Under the pieces are notes generated by a model. It saw only the letters and a list, made by a program, of their open reading frames with translations, did not search any database and had not been told where the DNA came from. Positions 24,175-36,934 of a stretch of DNA of 64,000 bases are shown here, in pieces. The number at the start of each line of letters is the position of its first letter. Within the stretch, counting starts at the first letter, position 1. The DNA comes from Heptranchias perlo (Eukaryota): the NCBI RefSeq assembly GCF_035084215.1, contig NC_090349.1, forward strand, positions 9,176,001 through 9,240,000. The letters are read 5' to 3'. Position numbers and translations under genes: made by a program.

Positions 24175-24190
24175 ATTTTCCTCCATCGTG
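24152..24190 (-). promoter_or_regulatory. 23-bp-spacer recombination signal sequence of V
   Basis: CACGATG (24190-24184) + exactly 23 nt + perfect ACAAAAACC (24160-24152), directly after YYCGWWKSSA. Confidence 0.92.
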
Positions 24191-24504
24191 CGCAGAGCTT
24201 TTCCACCAACCACAGTAATAGTCGGCGTCGTCCTCCGGTTGAACGCCGCTGATGGTTAAATATGCGGCGTTGGTTGCCGACTGACTCCTTCCAGAGAATC
24301 GATCAGGAATTCCGGTACCCCTGCTATCACGGTTAAGATCATGGTAGAGTAGAAATATAGGAGCATTCCCGGGTTTCTGCTGGTACCATCCTATGTCAGA
24401 GTTGCCCAAGGTATCACCAGACACGCTGCAACTTATTTTAACCGTTCCTTCCGGGGTGATAGATAACGATTGCGGTTGAGTTAATGTAATCTCCGCGTTT
24501 GAAC
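24191..24504 (-). CDS. IGLV: Ig light-chain V exon, unrearranged, cluster A
   Basis: Open frame SNAEITLTQPQSLSITPEGTVKISCSVSG..WYQQKPGNAP..GIPDRFSG..YLTISGVQPEDDADYYC; acceptor ttttatag. Confidence 0.95.
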
Positions 24505-24626
24505 CTATAAAAAGATCGAGAAATATTAGAGGGTGAGCTTCAAATCATCAATAACGTCACTTTATATCTCTATACAACAAAACATTGTTCACAATGAATC
24601 CAGTCAAACGTTTCCTGAATACTTAC

Positions 24627-24675
24627 AGACTGCGCAAAGTATCAGCGTTGTGATGACACGGACCCACCCCGACAT
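24627..24675 (-). CDS. IGLV: Leader exon of cluster A (MSGWVRVITTLILCAV)
   Basis: 49-nt hydrophobic exon, GTAAGT donor, phase 1, in frame with the V exon. Confidence 0.9.
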
Positions 24676-24794
24676 TATGAATTGAGTTTGTCTCAGCAAC
24701 CTCGCCAGTTTGCAGGGAGAAGGTGTTGTCTACCAGGCTCCCCTGGTCTTATCAATGGTATGAATGAGGGCGGGTTACCACGTTGTCCTTAATT

Positions 24795-24802
24795 ATGCAA
24801 AT
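24795..24802 (-). promoter_or_regulatory. Ig light-chain promoter octamer ATTTGCAT (cluster A)
   Basis: Perfect octamer 120 nt upstream of the ATG in light-chain orientation; GATAAG TATA-like word near 24750. Confidence 0.9.
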
Positions 24803-25669
24803 GAACGCTGACGTTACAAATCCCAGTTGAGCACCTATGATCGTGTTCAGGCCTTTACGCCACAAGACTTCCAAACTGCAGATGGCGATATTGGATAACA
24901 GGACCGATCTATATTGTGATGTTGTGCATCACAATCAAGATTTGTTAATGTTAAGTACAGGGACGTGCTGAAATTGCTGATTGTGTAAACTATGTAAGTC
25001 ATAATTTTTGACAAAACTCAGTAGGGTATATATTTTTGATCTTTCCTTCTACACAGGCCACATGTAAGCATTAGGAAGCAAAATTAATCAGTATTTGCGC
25101 CTTCTCTAAAGACACTTGTCCTAAATGTGCAACAGATAACAACAATCTTCATACACTTAGAAATCAATCCGCAAAAATTCAGCTACATTGCTACAAACTA
25201 TAGCTTGATGATATTTTATCTTTCCAATTAAATAACTTTTTATGAAGAATTTAAAGATGTTAGCCCATTATGGTTTATTTGAACCGTTTCTGCCTGGTAC
25301 ATTTACGCGAAGAAGTGTCAGTAATGCTCTTCGCTGAAAATAAAACGATGCTTATTGCCATAAGATGATATGAATCGATTCCCTACAAATTAGGAAACGA
25401 TTACTTGACCGTAAACCGATTGTTGGCACAAGGATCACATCCTAACGAGGATGTAATTAATTGTATCAGGCGGCTCTTGTTGACCTTTGAGCGATAGGGA
25501 CGTATTTTGATGAACCAATAAGGGTGACACTGGGTTGCACCAGGGTCACCAGACAAGAATGAGCGCTACTTTTAGGGCACCACTAATAAAAGAAGAAATC
25601 AAATTAAAAGAACCACAGCACAAGCAAAACAACCCCAACAAAAGCAAAGGTAACCTTACCAACTAAATC

Positions 25670-27440
25670 ATAAATAAAAACAGAAAATGCTGGAAATACT
25701 CAGCAGGTCAGGCAACATCTCTGGAGAAAGAAATAGATTTAACGTTTCAGGTCGATGACCTTTCGTCAGAACTGGAAGAAGTTAAAGATTTAACAGTTTT
25801 TAAGCAAGTACAGTGCCAGGGAAAGTTGGGGGGGGGGGAGGAATGTGTGGGGACGAAAGAACAAAAGGGAAGGCCTGTGATAGAGTGGAGGACAGGAGTG
25901 GTTAAATGACAAAAGGGATGATGGTGCAATGCAAGGAGGGTGGGAATGGGACAAGTAAAGAAACGGAAGATGGGTCTAGATGAGTTGTAAATAACAACAG
26001 CAGAACCATTACGAGCACCTGCTGTCCGAAAAAAATGGGAGTAGTGGTTATGATCTGAAGTTATTGAAATCATATTGATTGAAGTTATTGAGTCCGGAAA
26101 GTTGTAAAGTGCCTAAACAAAAGAGGAGGTGCTGTTTCTCGAGTTTCCATTGACCTTCATTGGAACAGGGGGAAGGAGACCAAGGCCAGAGAGGTCAGCA
26201 TTGGAGTGGGATGGAGAATTAAAATGAAAAGTGACCGGAAGGTCAGGGTCACGCTTGCCGTCTGAACGGAGATGTTCAGCAAAGCCATCACCCTGTCTAT
26301 TATATCTACTATAGTAGCTTATCCACTATAAATCCAGGGACTCCACAGCTGTCTTCATTACACTTCCTCCCACCCACTTCCTGTAAGGACTCTGTTCCAT
26401 TCTCCCAGTTTCTCCATCTCCCTCACATCTGTTCTGACGATGCCACCTTCTACACCAATGCTTCCGACATGTCTTCCTTTTTCCTCAACCGAGGATTCCC
26501 CTCCACTGTATTGGACAGGGTCCTCGACCGTGTCTGTCCCATTTCCCGCACTTCTGCCCTCACCCCTTCCCCTTCCTCTCAGAACTAAGATAGAGTCCCC
26601 CTTGTCCTCACCTTCTGCCCCACCAACCTCCACATTCAATGAATCATCTTCCATTATTTCCGCCACCTCCAGCACGATGCAACCACCAAACACATCTTCC
26701 CCTCCCCTTTCAGCATTCAGAAGGTACCATTCGCTCTGTGACACCCTGGTCCACTCTTTCATCAACCCCAACACTAACCCCCCTTCCCACAGCACCTTCC
26801 CGTGCAAGCGCAGGAGATGCAGCACCTGCCCTTTCACCTCCTCCCTTCCCTCCGTCCACGGCCTCAAACACTCCTTCCAGGTGAAACAGCGATTTACTTG
26901 TACTTCTTTCAATTTAGTAAACTGTATTCGCTGCTCACGATGCGGTCTCTTCTACACTGGGGAGACCAAACGCAGATTGGGTGATCGCTTTGGTGAACAC
27001 CTCCATTCAGACGGGAAGCGTGACCCTGACCTTCCGGTCGCTTGTCATTTTAATTCCCTGTCCCATCCCACTCTGACCTCTCTGTCCTCTGCCTCTTACA
27101 CTGTTCCAAAAAAGCTCGAGGAACAGCTTTCAATTAGGCACTTTACAACCTTCCTGACTCAACATGGATTTCAATAACTTCAGACCATAACCACTGCTCT
27201 CATTTTTTCGGACAACAGGTGCTGGTCATGGTTCTGCTGCTGCTATTTACAGACCCTCTAGACCCATCTTTAGTTTCTTTACTTGTCCCATTACCACCCT
27301 CCTTGCCTTGCACCATCATCCCTTTTGTCATTTAATCACTCCTGCCTATCCACTCACCCTATCCAACTTCCCCTTTGTTCTTTCCTCCCCGCCCCCCCAC
27401 CCCCCACCCCACCCTTTGCCTTGCTCTGTGATTGCTTAAA
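25670..27440. mobile_element. Penelope-like retroelement remnants: plus-strand GIY-YIG region (~26340-27440) and an inverted 3' copy (~25670-26290)
   Basis: FTCTSFNLVNCIRCSRCGLFYTGETKRRLGDRFGEH is a Penelope-type GIY-YIG endonuclease; ~26000-26070 is the reverse complement of ~27168-27237. Confidence 0.82.
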
Positions 27441-27449
27441 AACTACCCA

Positions 27450-29610
27450 GCCTAATCCCACTTTCCAGCACTTGGTCCTTAGCCTTGTAGGTTATAGCAC
27501 TGCAAGTGCATATCCAAATGCCTTTTAAATGTGATGAGAGTTTTTTCCTCTACCACCCTTTCAGGTAGGGAGCTCCAGACCCCCACCACCCTCTCGGTGA
27601 TTTTTTTTTCCTCAGCTCCCCTCCAATCCTTCTACCAATTACTTTAAATCTATGCCCTCTGGTTATTGAACTCTCTGTTCAGGGAAATAGGTCCTTCCTG
27701 CCCACTCTATCTAGACCCCTCATAATTTTATACTCCTCAATTAAATCACTCCTCAGCCTCCTCTGTTCCAAAGAAAATAACCCCAGCATTTCCAATCTTC
27801 CATCATAGCTAAAATTCTCCAGTCCTGGCAACATCCTCATAAATCTCCTCTGCACCCTCTCTAGTGACCAGAACCATAAGCAGTACTTAAGTTGTGGCCT
27901 AACTAATGTTTTATACAGTTCTAGCATAACCTCCCTGCTCTTATATGCTATGCCTCGGCTAATAAAGGAATGTATCCCATATGCCTTCTTAACCACCTTG
28001 TCTACCTATCCTGCTACTTTCAGGGATCTGTGGACATGCACTCCAAGGTCTCTCTCTTCCTCTACACCTCTCAGTATCCTCCCTTTTATTGTGTATTCCC
28101 TTGCCTTGTAAGACCTCCCCAAATACATTACCTCACACTTCTCTGGATTGGATTCCATTTGCCACTTTTCTGCCCACCTGACCAGTCCATTGATATCTTC
28201 CTGCAGTTTACAGCTTTCCTCCTCACTATCAACCACACAGCCAATTTTTGTATCATCCCTAAATTTCTTAATCATGCCCCCAAAATTTAAGTCTAAATCA
28301 TTAATATATACTACAAAAAGCAAGGGGCCTAGTACTGAGCCCTGCGGAACCCAACTGGAAACAGCCTTCCAGTCACAAAAACATCCATCAACCAATATCC
28401 TTTGCTTCCTGCCACTGAGCCAATTTTGGATCCAATTTGCCACTTTCCCTTGGATCCCATAGGCTTTTACTTTTTCGACCAGTCTGCCATGTGGGACCTT
28501 GTCAAAAGCCTTGCTAAAATCCATGTAGACTACATTAAACACGCTAACCTCATCGACCCTCCTTGTCACCTCCTCAAAAAATTCAATCAAGTTAGTCAGA
28601 ACCGACCTTCCCTTAACAAATCCATGCTGACTGTCCATGATTAATCCGTGCCTTTTTAAGTGAAGGTTTATACTGAACGTCAGAATTGATTCCAATAATT
28701 TGCCCACCACCGAGGTTACACTGACTGGCTTGTAATTCCCATGTATATACCTTTCTCCCTTTTTACACAACGGTATAACATTAGCAGTCCTCCAATCCTC
28801 CAACACCACGCCTATAGCCAGGGAGGATCGGAAAATGATGGTCGGAGCCTCCTCTATTTCCTCCCTTGCTTCTTTTAACAGCCTGGGATACATTTCATTC
28901 GGGCCTGGTGATATACCTACTTTCAAAGATGCTAAACCCCTTAATACTTCCTCTCTTCCTATGTGCATCCGATCCAATATTTCACACTCCTCCTCGTTAA
29001 CTACAATCTCTGCATCGTCCCCTTCTTTTGTGAAGACAGACGCAAAGTATCCATTAAGAACCATACCCACATCTTCCGCCTTCACATATAGGTTATCTTT
29101 TTGGTCTCTAATAGGCCCTACTCCTTCCTTAGTTATCCTTTTGCTCTTTATGTATTTATAAAACATTATTGGGTTTTCCTTAATTTTACTTGCCAGTATT
29201 TTTTCATGCCCTCTCTTTGCTTTCCTAATTTCCTTTTTAATTTCACCCCTGCACTTTCTATACTCCTCTAGGCTTTCTGCAGTATTGAGCTCTCGGTGTC
29301 TGATATAAGCTTCCCTTTTTTGCCTTATCTTACCCTGTATGCTCCTTGTCATCCAGGGGGCTCTAGATTTGGCAGCCCTACCCTTTTCTTTGTGGGAATA
29401 TATTTATTCTGAACCCTTTGAATCTCCCCCTTGAATGCCTCCCACTGCTCTGACACTGATTTACCTTCAAGTAGCTGTTTCCAGTTTACTTTTGCTAAAT
29501 CACTCCTCAGCTTTGTAAAATTGGCCTTTCCCCAATTTAGAAATTTTACTCCTGTTCTATCTTTGTTCTTTTCCATAACTATGCTAAATCTAACTGAATT
29601 GTGATCACTA
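27450..29610 (-). mobile_element. CR1 LINE ORF2, 5'-truncated
   Basis: ORF 28006-29352 with NYKPVS, QHGFVKGRS, YMDFSKAFDKVPH, PQGSVLGP; further fragments either side. Confidence 0.92.
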
Positions 29611-30369
29611 CAAATAAACCAATAACTCGCACGGATATTCTCCATTCCAACCTTTATGTGAGGCACGATGGGTTAATAAATCTTTCTTTCCCACCTGTCA
29701 ATTATCCTATGAACAGCTGAAACCACAGTTAATATTGTCGTTCCATGGCCGCTTCGCAACCTTCGCGGATTATGGGGAATTAGGAAAGCCCCTTTTCACA
29801 TGTATTGGGTAACTAATCAATATGAGTGGTACTTTTCAGGGTTTCTTTTCAGCCATGTTTCCACAGAAAGGATTCGATTTTTAAAGCAAAGTGTAGTTAC
29901 ACAAGTTTTTAAAAATGAGTGGAATGGTCAATAATATGCTAATATCTACCCTTTAAGATTAAATTCATCAAAGGTCATAAACAACAAGCAATTCATTAGT
30001 CTATCTCTACAATACACACCTCACACCCACTGTGTTGGGAAATCTCTGGTTCAGGGTGCCCAAAAGTGGCTGTCTGACCCTCCCCTTCCAGCTGTTAAGA
30101 AAGGATTTAGACAATACACAAACAGACACTGATAATCACGTCCCTAAACCGAAAGCTGTGATGGAAAGTTTTCGCCAGGCACAAAAGGTTAAAATGTAGA
30201 AAGACAGGTAGGAGTCATTTTGTTATGTCAAGCAGAATCACCCATTCATGTATTATAACATGAAGACAAATTGTACTGATTAAATCAAGTGAGTCTGATC
30301 CTCATTGTTATAATCTATGTTCGCTTTCTGTGAAATAAAACAATATATGGATTGTTTCTGCCGTCATCT

Positions 30370-30740
30370 TTCTTTTTCATTCTCTGGAAATGGACATCGC
30401 TGGCAAGGCCAGCATTTACTGCCCGTCCCGTTTTGCCCTTGAAAAGGGGTGGTGAGCCTTCTCCTTGTAGTGAAGGTACTCCCACAATGATGTTAGGTTG
30501 GGAGTTTCAGAGTTTGACCCAGGGATGATGAAGGAACAGATACATGTGTCCAAGTCGGGATGGTGTGTGACTTGGAAAGGGACTTGGAGGTGATGGTGTT
30601 CCCATGCTGCTCCTGCCATTGTCCTTCTAGATGGTTGAGGTCGCGGGTTTGGGAGCTGCAGTCGAAGAAGCCTTGGCGAGTTGCTGCAGTGCACCCTGTG
30701 GGTAGTAGACACTGCAACCACGGTACGCTGGTGGTGGACG
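30370..30740 (-). mobile_element. 3' fragment of the LINE family seen at 5148-7569
   Basis: HCSNSPRLLR..LPNPRP.P.RRT matches 7119-7361. Confidence 0.8.
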
Positions 30741-31599
30741 AAGCGGATGTTTATCTGGTGGATCGGGGCCAATCAAGTGGACTATTTGGCATTACGATAC
30801 AGACAGTCCTTGCCCACCTGGAGCAGTGTAACCTCCTGGGACATGCAAAAAATCAGATATAAACGCAAGCCAACTACAGAAAAAAATCTGAGAAACTCCT
30901 TTCTAATCCCTTTAGGTAATCGTAACTAGTCCCGGAGCCCACATTTACCATGAATTATATTACAGCACCCCACCCCCCCCCCCCCCCCACCACCCCGCAC
31001 CTTGTACGAAATGACCTACTTCCCACTCAGAAACAGGTCCAGCTCGCTCTTGGAGATATACAGTGAATCAGTGTTCACCTCACAAACCGGCAACCTGTTC
31101 CTCGGAAAAGAAGCACTTTCGTGACTTACCCGATCAGTAAGGAGAAATGGTGGTGGGGTGTTCATGTGGTATACTGCCTGTAAGGGAATAGAGTGAGCTA
31201 TTCATTGGGAATGGCTGCCGGATCGATTGACAAATGGATCAGCCCATGGTAGACTTCAAAGTCATAGACAGATTCGAGTCCTAGAATACTCTTTTCTTAG
31301 GAAAACGGATAGTTATGTGTCTTAAGGGCACATAGTACAGAATAGTAAATAGTCCACCTGGAGCTACAGCAGAACATATTGAATACAATTTAGAAGGGAT
31401 ATTGAAGGGGACAGTAAGGTACCCAGTGGCAGTAGTCCACATTGGGGCAAACAACACAGGTAAAATAATATAATAGTCTTAAAAGCCACAGGAAGAGGAT
31501 CACTTCAAAGCTCACTGATAACAAATGCAACGCAATGTTCTCTGGTAGACTTTTGGTGTTTGGCAAAGCAGATGATTTCATCAATAAAAATGAGGATGC

Positions 31600-32330
31600 A
31601 AATCAGCGACTGGCAACTTGGTGCTTTTACCGAATGCTAACTTCATAACTAAATCAGAGCATTTCTAGAGGTGTTTGCAAGTGTCTTCAGCAAAAGCTGC
31701 GAGTGGATGATCCTACTTAGCCTCCTCCTGAGAACCCCACCATCATAGATATCATTGTCCACCTAAATCGGTTCACTCCATGTGAGATTAAGAAGTGTCT
31801 AACTGCACTAGACACATCAAAGACTATAGGCCCTGATAACAGCTGGAAACCTATACAGTTGAGCTAGCTGTTCCCCTAGCCAAGCTCTTCCAGTACAAAT
31901 AATGATATTTTAGATGATGTCTGAGGTATGCCCTTTCCAGAAATAAACATAATTAATCTAACAGAGCCAATTTACTGTCCTATCGGCTGATTCCCAATCA
32001 TCGGTAAAGTGTTGGAAGGAGCCATTAATAGTTCCATCTAGCAACACCTATTCAACAATAATCGGCTCATCATGCTCACTTTAGGTTCCACCAAAACTAC
32101 ACAGCTACAGACTCCATCACAGCCTTGATGCAGCAATAGCCGGATGCAAGAGGAGTCGTAAAAATAGCTGCCCTCGACATCAAGGCCGCATTCCACTATG
32201 TATGGCACCAAAGAGCTCAGGCAAAACCTAACTCAAGGGAATCAAAGAGAAAACCCTCCGGTGGTTGTAGTCATACGTGATACAAAGGAAGGTGGTTGTG
32301 GTTGTTAGAGACCAGTCATCAGAGCTTGTC
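31600..32330 (+). mobile_element. Old degraded LINE fragment, paralogous to ~47780-48730
   Basis: Similar to 5900-6600 (gattaagaagtg.., ccaagctcttccagtac, gacatcaaggccgcatt); present in both duplicated blocks. Confidence 0.7.
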
Positions 32331-32854
32331 TGCTCCGCTCGCTTCAGCACTTGAATGTTGTGATAAGCCATTAAACCTTGCACAAGCACATGACTAGATC
32401 AGCCTATAAACGACATTGACTTCTGCTAATTCCACAACAGTATGCGCGTCTCCCTGCGTAACGTTGTCTTCTCAGATAAGCGATTTTTCCTGTTAAATTC
32501 CATGGAAACCAATTGTTAGATATCCAGTGATATTTCCGCTAAGTGTAGAGTGTTCAATCCACACTCAGCCACCTCATCGAAACAGTTTGCTGGAATAGTA
32601 ACCAAATAGAAGTTTTGCAAAATATCGTAAATTCCTTAAGCATTTCTGAAGAACCCTGTAATTTCAAGTGCAAACCAAAATAAATCAATAATTTATATTG
32701 GCTACTTTTATGCACATGCACAGTGTAGAATGTCATTAGACATTGAACTGGAAAGTGCAACCCACAGCTGCTCTGTAAGAGTGGAACAAATTGCCTTCCG
32801 CAACAAAAGTCGCAAATCAAATGTGTTTTAAGTTCCTCCGTCATAATTGACATG

Positions 32855-33160
32855 GTTCTGCACTATAGGTCTCAGCCCTTCACCTAGTTCTGCACTATGG
32901 GTCTCAGCCCTTTCCCTAGTTCTACACTATGTGTCTCAGCCCTTTACCAAGTTCTGCGCTAAGGGTCACAGCTCTTTACCTGGTTCTGCATTATGTGTCT
33001 CAGCCCTTTACCTAGTTCTACACTACGGATCTCAGTCCTTTACCTAACTCTGCATTAGGCGTCTCAGCCCTTCCCCTGGTTCTGTATTATGTTTCTCAGC
33101 TCTTTAGTTCTGCACTATGCATCTCAGCCGTTTACCTAGTTCTGCATTATGGGTCTGCAT
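32855..33160. repeat. Degenerate 32-bp minisatellite (~9 units) upstream of pseudogene B
   Basis: Unit agttctgcactatgggtctcagccctttacct; paralog of 50258-51199. Confidence 0.85.
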
Positions 33161-33561
33161 TATGCCCTATAATATTCTTAATCGTAATCTAAACCATCGA
33201 TAATAGAATAGGGCGATATTAATTTGATAGAGTTTTAGTCAAGTACACAAAATTACCAGCTCTTAATTAATCTAAGATTACTTAACTGGAACGTTGTCTC
33301 CATTTGATACTCCTTTAACACGAATCTATTTATATATTAGCAATATGGCATTTCATTTCACCGAAGGCAAATAAAAGCAAATCTGTAACACTGGAATCTA
33401 TAATGTAAAACAATCTGTGTCAACAGTTTCTGAAAGCTCCGAGCTCCTGATAGTCTAATTCCGTTGTCTATGGAAAATGAACAACCTTCCTGACACAACA
33501 GATTGCATATTGCTTGTCATCAGTTTAGATGGTCCAATTGCGTTTTGCCGTTTCATTAACG

Positions 33562-33569
33562 ATTTGCAT
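33562..33569 (+). promoter_or_regulatory. Octamer ATTTGCAT of pseudogene B
   Basis: Same context as the D promoter (ttaacgATTTGCATagatacaggacagg). Confidence 0.85.
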
Positions 33570-33611
33570 AGATACAGGACAGGCGTGTTCACAGGTTTGA
33601 TAAAAAGAGAT

Positions 33612-35046
33612 AAGAACATAGAAGATAAGAAATGGAAGCAGGAATAGGCCATACCGCCCCTCGAACCTGCTCCATCATTCAATCAGATCATGGCTGAATT
33701 TCGACCTCAACTCCACTTTCCTGCCCAATCCCCATATCCCATGATGCCCCTAGATTTCAAAAATCCATCGATCTCAGCTTTGAATATATTCAATGACTCA
33801 ACATCCACAGCCTTCTGGGATAGAGAATTCCAAAGATTCACAAGCCTCTGCATGAAGAAATTCCTCCTCATCTCAGTCTTGAATGGCCAACCCCTTATCC
33901 TGCGACCATGCCCTCTAGTTCTAGACTGTCTAGCCAGGGGAAACAATCTCTCAGCATCTGTCAAGCCCCCTCATAATCTTATATGTTTCAATGAGATCAG
34001 CTCTCATTCTTCTAAGCTCCAGAGAGAATAGGCCCATTCTACTCATAACTCAACCCTCTCTAGTGAACCTTCGTTGCATTACCTCCAAGGCAAGTATATC
34101 CTTCCTTAGATAAGGAGACCAAAACTGTATGCAGGACTCCAGGTGAGGTCTCACTAAAGCCCTGAACAACAGTAGTAAGACTTCCTTACTCTTGTACTCC
34201 AACCCCCTTGCAATAAAGGCCAACATGCCATTTGCTTTCCTAATTGCCTGCTGTATCTGCATACTAACTTATTGTGTTACTTGTATGAGGACACCTAAGT
34301 CTCTCTGAAAACCAACATTTAATAGTTTCTCACCATTTAAAAAATATTCTGTTTTCCTATGCTTCCTACCAAAGTGAATAACCTCACATTTCCCACATTA
34401 TACTCCATCTGCCACCTACTTGCCCACTCAATTAATCTGTCTCTATCCCTTTACAGACTCTTTGTGTCCTCCTTACAGCTTACTTTCCCACCTAGCTTTG
34501 TATCATCAGCAAACTTGTATACATCATACTCGGTCCCTTCATCTAATTCATTAATATAGATTGTAAATGGCTGAGGCCCAAGCACTGATCCTTGCGGCAC
34601 CCCACGAGTTACAGCCTGCCAACCTGAGAATGACCCATTTATCCCTACTCCCTGTTTTCTGTCCTTTAATCAATCCTTTATCAATGCTATTACCCCAACC
34701 CCATGAGTCCTTACCTTGTGTAACAACCTTTTATGTGGCATCTTATTGAATGCCTTTTGAAAATCCAAATATGTTACATCCACTGGTTCCCCTTTATCTA
34801 CTCAGCTAGTTACATCCTCAAAAAACTCTAATAAATTTGTCAAACATGAATTCCCTTTCATAAAACCATGCTGACTCTGCCTAATCATATTATGATTTTC
34901 TAAGTGTCCTGTTACCACTTCCTTAATAATGGATTCCAGCATTTTCCCGACCACCTATGTCAGGCTAACTGGCCTGTTTTCTCTCTCCCTCCCTTCTTGA
35001 ATAGCGGGGTAATATTTGCTACCTTCCAGTCCACTGGGACCGTTCC
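33612..35046 (-). mobile_element. CR1 LINE inserted between the promoter and leader of B
   Basis: CR1 RT and 3' fragments; AGAT duplication at 33608-33611 and 35047-35050; empty site in D near 51650. Confidence 0.9.
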
Positions 35047-35120
35047 AGATGGAGAAACAAATAAACAATCCCTTTCACCTGGATACCATCGACATATCTG
35101 CTTTCATTTAACTCTTCACA

Positions 35121-35634
35121 ATGTCTGAGTGAGTCCCTGATGCCGTAGTACTGATATTTTTTATGTCGGGTAAATATGGTACGCAAGTTTGATTGCGGGT
35201 TGGGATCGCTGTGAATAACGATTTATTGCACAGTATTAGCTAGTGACTGAAGTGTGTGAAGCTCACATCTCTTCTTTTCATAGGATCAATCGCGCAGATT
35301 ACATTAAGCCAACCAGTATCTGTCCACTGCCCCAGGACGAAACGTCGAAATAAGTTGTACAGTGACCGGAATCAGCTTGGCAAAGCTGCTGTATTCTGGT
35401 ACCAAAAATCTGCGAATGTTCTTCAGTATATTCTGTACCATAATGCCCACACTGTAAGCAGAAGCTCAGGTATTCCAGATCGATTCTCCGGAAGATGTAG
35501 CTCGTCAACCAACGCTGGATATGTAACCATCAGTCAGGTATAATCGGAAGTTGAGGCGAACTAATACTGCTCTGCGTGGATTGGCTCCATTGATCCGTAC
35601 AACTTTGGAACAAGGACCAAGCTGACTTTTCCGA
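35121..35634 (+). pseudogene. IGLV: Germline-joined Ig light-chain L-VJ pseudogene B (paralog of D), no C exon
   Basis: Leader 35121-35169 with TGA at codon 4; VJ exon 35284-35634 with frameshifts and TAA stops; junction YCSAWIGSIDPYNFGTRTKLTF; no RSS. Confidence 0.92.
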
Positions 35635-36934
35635 GTAAGTACATTTTCTTCGTGCTGTTAGAGATGGGTTTGTTATTTATAATTACACTCCTCAAATCAA
35701 TAAGGTCCTAAACATTAATAATCAGGTGTCACAGATTTATTAAGTATACAGTCAATGTATAATAGTACTTAAACCTACACGTCTGCAACCGAACCTGATC
35801 ATTTAGTTGAGGGACTCAAACGTGTTGGAGTACTGAGCTTAGGCCATTATGAATCGAAATACTCATTAGAAACAGCCAATTTTTATACATTTCTCTTACT
35901 CCCCTCACGTGACAATCCACATAATTCTGCAATACATAATTATATAAAAGTTAAAATGCAACTCCATCTAATGAGAATTTAATTGAATTATCTCTTGTCA
36001 ATAACTTTAGTTTTCCAAACGGGTACAACTCTGCTACTGCGTTATCTTATCGATAGTTACATTCTTGTTAGATATAACTGCTATTCCATCAAGTGACACT
36101 TTTAATTATAATTCTGTCTTTGATTCAGTACCATTCCATATCAATCAATCTCCTCCTTCTACATAAATTCCAATTAAAAAGGATGACGTAAACCTAGATG
36201 TTTTCTTTTGCAGAACTAAATGTTTTTCCTGCACTTATTATCAACATTAAAGTTCTCGGAAATATATGAATCTGTATGCAATGGCAAGTCTTTTAATTAG
36301 GTTTACTGAAGTGACTAAACTGACCACTGCTACAGTCAGTTTTGAATCGATACTTTAAATTGACATAAACGTCCCTGCTTAACAGGCAAAGGTTAAAGAT
36401 TAATATTACTACAACATAAAGAGAAATCAACAGTAGTATAATATTAGTTGACTTCAGTCAGTCTGATCAACCCTTTCCTTAAAGTCCAATCTGTTCCTGT
36501 ACTCATGGCAAAGGCTTGTTTCACTTATGGTTTATATACAGACAGAGTTGTGTATGCCTGACCTACAAATTCATTCTGATTTCTTCAATTGTAATAATGG
36601 GGAAAGATCTTTCCAAAAGTCAAAGTATAAAATTAGTCCACGGCCAATAAAAAACTGCAGATTATCCTTTTCTGACCTTCCCTTGTCAGTATTATACAAA
36701 GGGACAAAATATCAAAAGCTTATTTTAAACTAGGAGAAATACCACTCCTATTTTACTGATTAATTTCCCTCTTGTGGACCTTTCTCCATTGGATTGCAAT
36801 GATTCGAATGATGTTGTTTGAGTCCAAAAGGACACAGCATCAATTAGTCTGTTTATATCGTTAGTACATATTTTACCCCTAGAGTCAGAGCTGCTCTTTT
36901 TAAGACGGATTAGATAACTAAATCCTGCGGTGTA

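Noticed and set aside
23502-24259. Repetitive Cys/His-rich ORFs (CTGLIHKP)n, (VSVLCRVY)n and similar
   Set aside because: By-products of a stop-free 24-bp repeat open in several frames; they overlap the RSS and have no gene structure
22822-24675. T-cell receptor or heavy-chain locus
   Set aside because: Single C exon ending in Cys-X-stop with no transmembrane exon seen, no D segments, FGXG J and an ATTTGCAT octamer all indicate an Ig light chain
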